Assembly: GCA_964016885.1 (NCBI GenBank)
Contig: OZ024743.1
Coordinates: 76,818,001-76,882,000 of the forward strand
Length of the DNA: 64,000 bases
DNA from: Eledone cirrhosa
Lineage: Eukaryota
Direction of reading: 5' to 3'
The notes beneath the pieces were generated by a model. It saw only the letters and a program-made list of their open reading frames with translations, did not search any database and was not told the DNA's origin. Position numbers and translations under genes: made by a program. The stretch's first letter is position 1. The number at the start of each line of letters is the position of its first letter. Positions 58,301-64,000 of the stretch are shown here, piece by piece.

Positions 58301-61300
58301 GACAGTGTGATGTCTACTGTTAGAGACAGTGTGGTGTCTACTGTTAGAGAGACAGTGTGATGTCTACTGTTAGAGACAGTGTGGTGTCTACTGTTAGAGA
58401 GACAGTGTGATGTCTACTGTTAGAGACAGTGTGATGTCTACTGTTAGAGAGAAAGTGTGATGTCTACTGTTAGAGAGACAGTGTGGTGTCTACTGTTAGA
58501 GAGACAGTGTGATGTCTACTGTTAGAGACAGTGTGATGTCTACTGTTAGATACAGTGTGGTGTCTACTGTTAGAGACAGTGTGATGTCTACTGTTAGAGA
58601 GGCAGTATGATTTCTGCTGTTAGAGAGACAGTGTGGTGTCTACTGTTAGAGAGACAGTGTGGTGTCTACTGTTAGAGAGACAGTGTGATGTCTACTGTTA
58701 GAGACAGTGTGGTGTCTACTGTTAGAGAGACAGTGTGATGTCTACTGTTAGAGACAGTGTGATATCTACTGTTAGAGAGAAAGTGTGATGTCTACTGTTA
58801 GAGAGACAGTGTGGTGTCTACTGTTAGAGAGACAATGTGATGTCTACTGTTAGAGACAGTGTGATGTCTAATGTTAGAGAGAGAGTGTGATGTCTACTGT
58901 TAGATACAGTGTGGTGTCTAGTGTTAGAGACAGTGTGATGTCTACTGTTAGAGACAGTGTGGTGTCTACTGTTAGAGACAGTGTGATGTCTACTGTTAGA
59001 GAGACAGTGGGGTGTCTATTGTTAAAGACAGTGTGGTGTCTACTGTTAAAGACAGTGTGGTGTCTACTGTTAGAGAGACAGTGTGGTGTCTACTGTTAGA
59101 GACAGTGTAATGTTTACTGTTAGAGAGACAGTGTGGTGTCTACTGTTAGAGACAGTGTGATGTCTACTGTTAGAGACAGTGTGGTGTCTACTGTTAGAGA
59201 GACAGTGTGGTGTCTACTGTTAGAGACAGTGTGATGTCTACTGTTAGAGACAGTGTGATGTCTACTGTTATAGACAGTGTGGTGTCTACTGTTAGAGAGA
59301 CAATGTGATGTCTACTGTTAGAAACAGTGTGATGTCTACTGTTAGAGAGACAGTGTGATATCTACTGTTAGAGAGACAGTGTGATGTCTACTGTTAGAGA
59401 TACAGTGTGATGTCTACTGTTAGAGACAGTGTGATGTCTACTGTTAGAGAGACAGTGTGATGTCTACTGTTAGAGACAATGTGATGTCTACTGTTAGAGA
59501 CAGTGTGGTGTCTACTGTTAGAGACAGTATGATGTCTACTGTTAGAGAGACAGTGTGATGTCTACTGTTAGAGACAGTGTGATGTCTACTGTTAGAAACA
59601 GTGTGGTGTCTACTCTTACAGAGACAGTGTGGTGTCTACTGTTAGAGACAGTGTGGTGTCTACTGTTAGAGACAGTGTGATGTCTACTGTTAGAGAGACA
59701 GTGTGGTGTCTACTGTTAAAGACAGTGTGGTGTATACTGTTAAAGACAGTGTGGTGTCTACTGTTAGAGACAGTGTGATGTTTACTGTTAGAGAGACAGT
59801 GTGGTGTCTACTGTTAGAGACAGTGTGATGTCTACTGTTAGAGACAGTGTGATGTCTACTGTTAGAGAGACAGTGTGGTGTCTACTGTTAGAGACAGTGT
59901 GGTGTCTACTGTTAGAGACAGTGTGATGTCTACTGTTAGATAGACAGTGTGATGTCTACTGTTAGAGACAGTGTGATGTCTACTGTTAGAGAGACAGTGT
60001 GGTGTCTACTGTTAGAGAGACAGTGTGGTGTCTACTGTTAGAGACAGTGTGATGTCTACTGTTAGAGACAGTGTGATGTTTACTGTTAGAGACAGTGTGG
60101 TGTCTACTGTTAGAGATAGTGTGGTGTCTACTGTTAGAGACAGTGTGATGTCTACTGTTAGAGAGACAGTGTGATGTTTACTGTTAAAGACAGTGTGATG
60201 TCTACTGTTAGAGACAGTGTGATGTCTACTGTTAGAGACAGTGTGATGTCTACTGTTAGAGACAGTGTGGTGTCTACCGTTAGAAAGACAGTGTGATGTC
60301 TACAGTTAGAGACAGTGTGATGTCTACTGTTAGAGAGACAGTGTGATGTCTACTGTTAGAGAGACAGTGTGGTGTCTACTGTTAGAGACAGTGTGGTGTC
60401 TACTCTTAGAGAGACAGTGTGATGTCTACTGTTAGATACAGTGTGGTGTCTAGTGTTAGAGACAGTGTGATGTCTACTGTTAGAGAGACAGTGTGGTGTC
60501 TACTGTTAGAGACAGTGTGATGTCTACTGTTAGAGCGACAGTGTGATGTCTACTGTTAGAGACAGTGTGATGTCTACTGTTAGAGAGACAGTGTGGTGTC
60601 TACTGTTAGAGAGACAGTGTGATGTCTACTGTTAGAGAGACAGTGTGGTGTCTACTGTTAGAGAGACAGTGTGGTGTCTACTGTTAGAGAGACAGTGTGA
60701 TGTCTACTGTTAGAGACAGTGTGATGTCTACTGTTAGAGACAGTGTGGTGTCTACTGTTAGAGACAGTGTGGTGTCTACTGTTAGAGACAGTGTGATGTC
60801 TACTGTTAGAGAGACAGTGTGATCTCTACTGTTAGAGACAGTGTGACGTCTACTGCTAGAGACAGTGTGGTGTCTACTGTTAGAGACAGTGTGGTGTCTA
60901 CTGTTAGAGAGACAGTGTGATGTCTACTGTTAGAGACAGTGTGGTGTCTACTGTTAGAGAGACAGTGTGGTGTCTACTGTTAGAGAGACAGTGTGATGTC
61001 TACTCTTAGAGAGACAGTGTGATATCTACTGTTAGAGACAGTGTGATGTCTATTGTTAGAGACAGTATGATGTCTACTGTTAGAGACAGTGTGGTGTCTA
61101 CTGTTAGAGACAGTGTGGTGTCTACTGTTAGAGACAGTGTGGTGTCTACTGTTAGAGACAGTGTAGTTTCTACTGTTAGTGAGACAGTGTGATGTCTACT
61201 GTTAGAGACAGTGTGATGTCTACTGTTAGAGACAGTGTGATGTCTACTGTTAGAGACAGTATGGTGTCTACTGTTAGAGACAGTGTGGTGTCTACCGTTA

Positions 61301-64000
61301 GAGACAGTGTGGTGTCTACTGTTAGAGAGACAGTGTGATGTCTACTGTTAGAGACAGTGTGATGTCTACTGTTAGAGACAGTGTCATGTCTACTGTTAGA
61401 GAGGTAGTGTGATGTCTACTGTTAGAGAGACAGTGTGGTGTCTACTGTTAGAGAGACAGTGTGATGTCTACTGTTAGAGAGACAGTGTGGGGTCTACTGT
61501 TAGAGAGACAGTGTGATGTCTACTGTTAGAGAGACAGTGTGGTGTCTACTGTTAGAGAGACAGTGTGATGTCTACTGTTAGAGACAGTGTGATGTCTACT
61601 GTTAGAGACAGTGTGATGTCTACTGTTAGAGAGGCAGTGTGATGTCTACTGTTAGAGAGACAGTGTGACGTCTACTGTTAGAGAGACAGTGTGATGTCTA
61701 CTGTTAGAGAGACAGTGTGGTGTCTACTGTTAGAGAGACAGTGTGATGTCTACTGTTAGAGACAGTGTGATGTCTACTGTTAGAGACAGTGTGGTGTCTA
61801 CTGTTAGAGAGACAGTGTGGTGTCTACTGTTAGAGAGACAGTGTCATATCTACTGTTAGATAGAGTGTGGTGTCTACTGTTAGAGACAGTGTGGTGTCTA
61901 CTGTTAGAGAGGCAGTATGATTTCTGCTGTTAGAGAGACAGTGTGATGTCTACTGTTAGAGAGACAGTGTGGGGTCTACTGTTAGAGAGACAGTGTGATG
62001 TCTACTGTTAGAGAGACAGTGTGGTGTCTACTGTCAGAGAGACAGTGTGATGTCTACTGTTAGAGACAGTGTGATGTCTACTGTTAGAGACAGTGTGGTG
62101 TCTACTGTTAGAGACAGTGTGATGTCTACTGTTAGAGAGGCAGTGTGATGTCTACTGTTAGAGAGACAGTGTGATGTCTACTGTTAGAGAGACAGTGTGA
62201 TGTCTACTGTTAGAGAGACAGTGTGGTGTCTACTGTTAGAGAGACAGTGTGATGTCTACTGTTAGAGACAGTGTGGTGTCTACTGTTAGAGAGACAGTGT
62301 GGTGTCTACTGTTAGAGAGACAGTGTGATGTCTACTGTTAGAGACAGTGTGGTTTCTACTGTTAGAGAGACAGTGTGATGTCTACTGTTAGAGACAGTGT
62401 GATGTCTACTGTTAGAGAGAAAGTGTGATGTCTACTGTTAGAGAGACAGTGTGGTGTCTACTGTTAGAGAGACAGTGTGATGTCTACTGTTAGAGACAGT
62501 GTGATGTCTACTGTTAGATACAGTGTGGTGTCTACTGTTAGAGACAGTGTGGTGTCTACTGTTAGAGAGGCAGTATGATTTCTGCTGTTAGAGAGACAGT
62601 GTGGTGTCTACTGTTAGAGAGACAGTGTGGTGTCTACTGTTAGAGAGACAGTGTGATGTCTACTGTTAGAGACAGTGTGGTGTCTACTGTTAGAGAGACA
62701 GTGTGATGTCTACTGTTAGAGACAGTGTGATGTCTACTGTTAGAGAGAAAGTGTGATGTCTACTGTTAGAGAGACAGTGTGGTGTCTACTGTTAGAGAGA
62801 CAATGTGATGTCTACTGTTAGAGACAGTGTGATGTCTACTGTTAGAGAGAGAGTGTGATGTCTACTGTTAGATACAGTGTGGTGTCTAGTGTTAGAGACA
62901 GTGTGATGTCTACTGTTAGAGACAGTGTGGTGTCTACTGTTAGAGACAGTGTGATGTCTACTGTTAGAGAGACAGTGGGGTGTCTATTGTTAAAGACAGT
63001 GTGGTGTCTACTGTTAAAGACAGTGTGGTGTCTACTGTTAGAGAGACAGTGTGGTGTCTACTGTTAGAGACAGTGTAATGTTTACTGTTAGAGAGACAGT
63101 GTGGTGTCTACTGTTAGAGACAGTGTGATGTCTACTGTTAGAGACAGTGTGGTGTCTACTGTTAGAGAGACAGTGTGGTGTCTACTGTTAGAGACAGTGT
63201 GATGTCTACTGTTAGAGACAGTGTGATGTCTACTGTTATAGACAGTGTGGTGTCTACTGTTAGAGAGACAATGTGATGTCTACTGTTAGAGAGACAGTGT
63301 GGTGTCTACTGTTAGAGAGACAGTGTGATGTCTACTGTTAGAGACAGTGTGATGTCTACTGTTAGAGACAGTGTGGTGTCTACTGTTAGAGACAGTGTGG
63401 TGTCTACTGTTAGAGACAGTGTGATGTCTACTGTTAGAGAGACAGTGTGATCTCTACTGTTAGAGACAGTGTGACGTCTACTGCTAGAGACAGTGTGGTG
63501 TCTACTGTTAGAGACAGTGTGGTGTCTACTGTTAGAGAGACAGTGTGATGTCTACTGTTAGAGACAGTGTGGTGTCTACTGTTAGAGAGACAGTGTGGTG
63601 TCTACTGTTAGAGAGACAGTGTGATGTCTACTCTTAGAGAGACAGTGTGATATCTACTGTTAGAGACAGTGTGATGTCTATTGTTAGAGACAGTATGATG
63701 TCTACTGTTAGAGACAGTGTGGTGTCTACTGTTAGAGACAGTGTGGTGTCTACTGTTAGAGACAGTGTGGTGTCTACTGTTAGAGACAGTGTAGTTTCTA
63801 CTGTTAGTGAGACAGTGTGATGTCTACTGTTAGAGACAGTGTGATGTCTACTGTTAGAGACAGTGTGATGTCTACTGTTAGAGACAGTATGGTGTCTACT
63901 GTTAGAGACAGTGTGGTGTCTACCGTTAGAGACAGTGTGGTGTCTACTGTTAGAGAGACAGTGTGATGTCTACTGTTAGAGACAGTGTGATGTCTACTGT
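55320..64000. repeat. 24/26-bp satellite (GTCTACTGTTAGAG[AG]ACAGTGTG(A/G)T), runs off the window end
   Basis: Seen directly; identical ORFs at 58887 and 62855 show a 3968-bp block duplication. Confidence 0.97.

Overview
This is repeat-dominated, AT-rich eukaryotic DNA with no recognisable host gene. The SINE types, microsatellite load and TE mix suggest an octopus or other cephalopod (inference). About 60% of the window is tandem satellite: 29-bp (1-13.8 kb), 35-bp (14.5-15.35 kb), 42-bp (23.1-28.0 kb), 45-bp (32.5-43.2 kb) and 24/26-bp (55.3-64 kb) arrays. Between them lie a decayed Tx1/L1-clade LINE with two extra 3' fragments, RTE and CRE-like LINE scraps, tRNA-derived SINEs, a MITE and a Penelope-like (PLE) GIY-YIG C-terminal fragment. 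The main discovery is about 16 minimal type I hammerhead ribozyme motifs, read by hand, in 8 distinct sequence families between 28.9 and 54.1 kb. Nearly all have a palindromic or near-palindromic helix III, and two families carry the covariant U3-A8 core instead of C3-G8. They sit in PLE/retrozyme-like tandem, inverted and nested arrangements within (TA)n tracts. The second discovery is that the 42-bp satellite is a roughly 116-fold amplification of a SINE's Pol III A-box head, still attached to the SINE body, and the 35-bp array appears to derive from the B-box region of the same SINE. All calls are by eye; no searches or folding programs were run.
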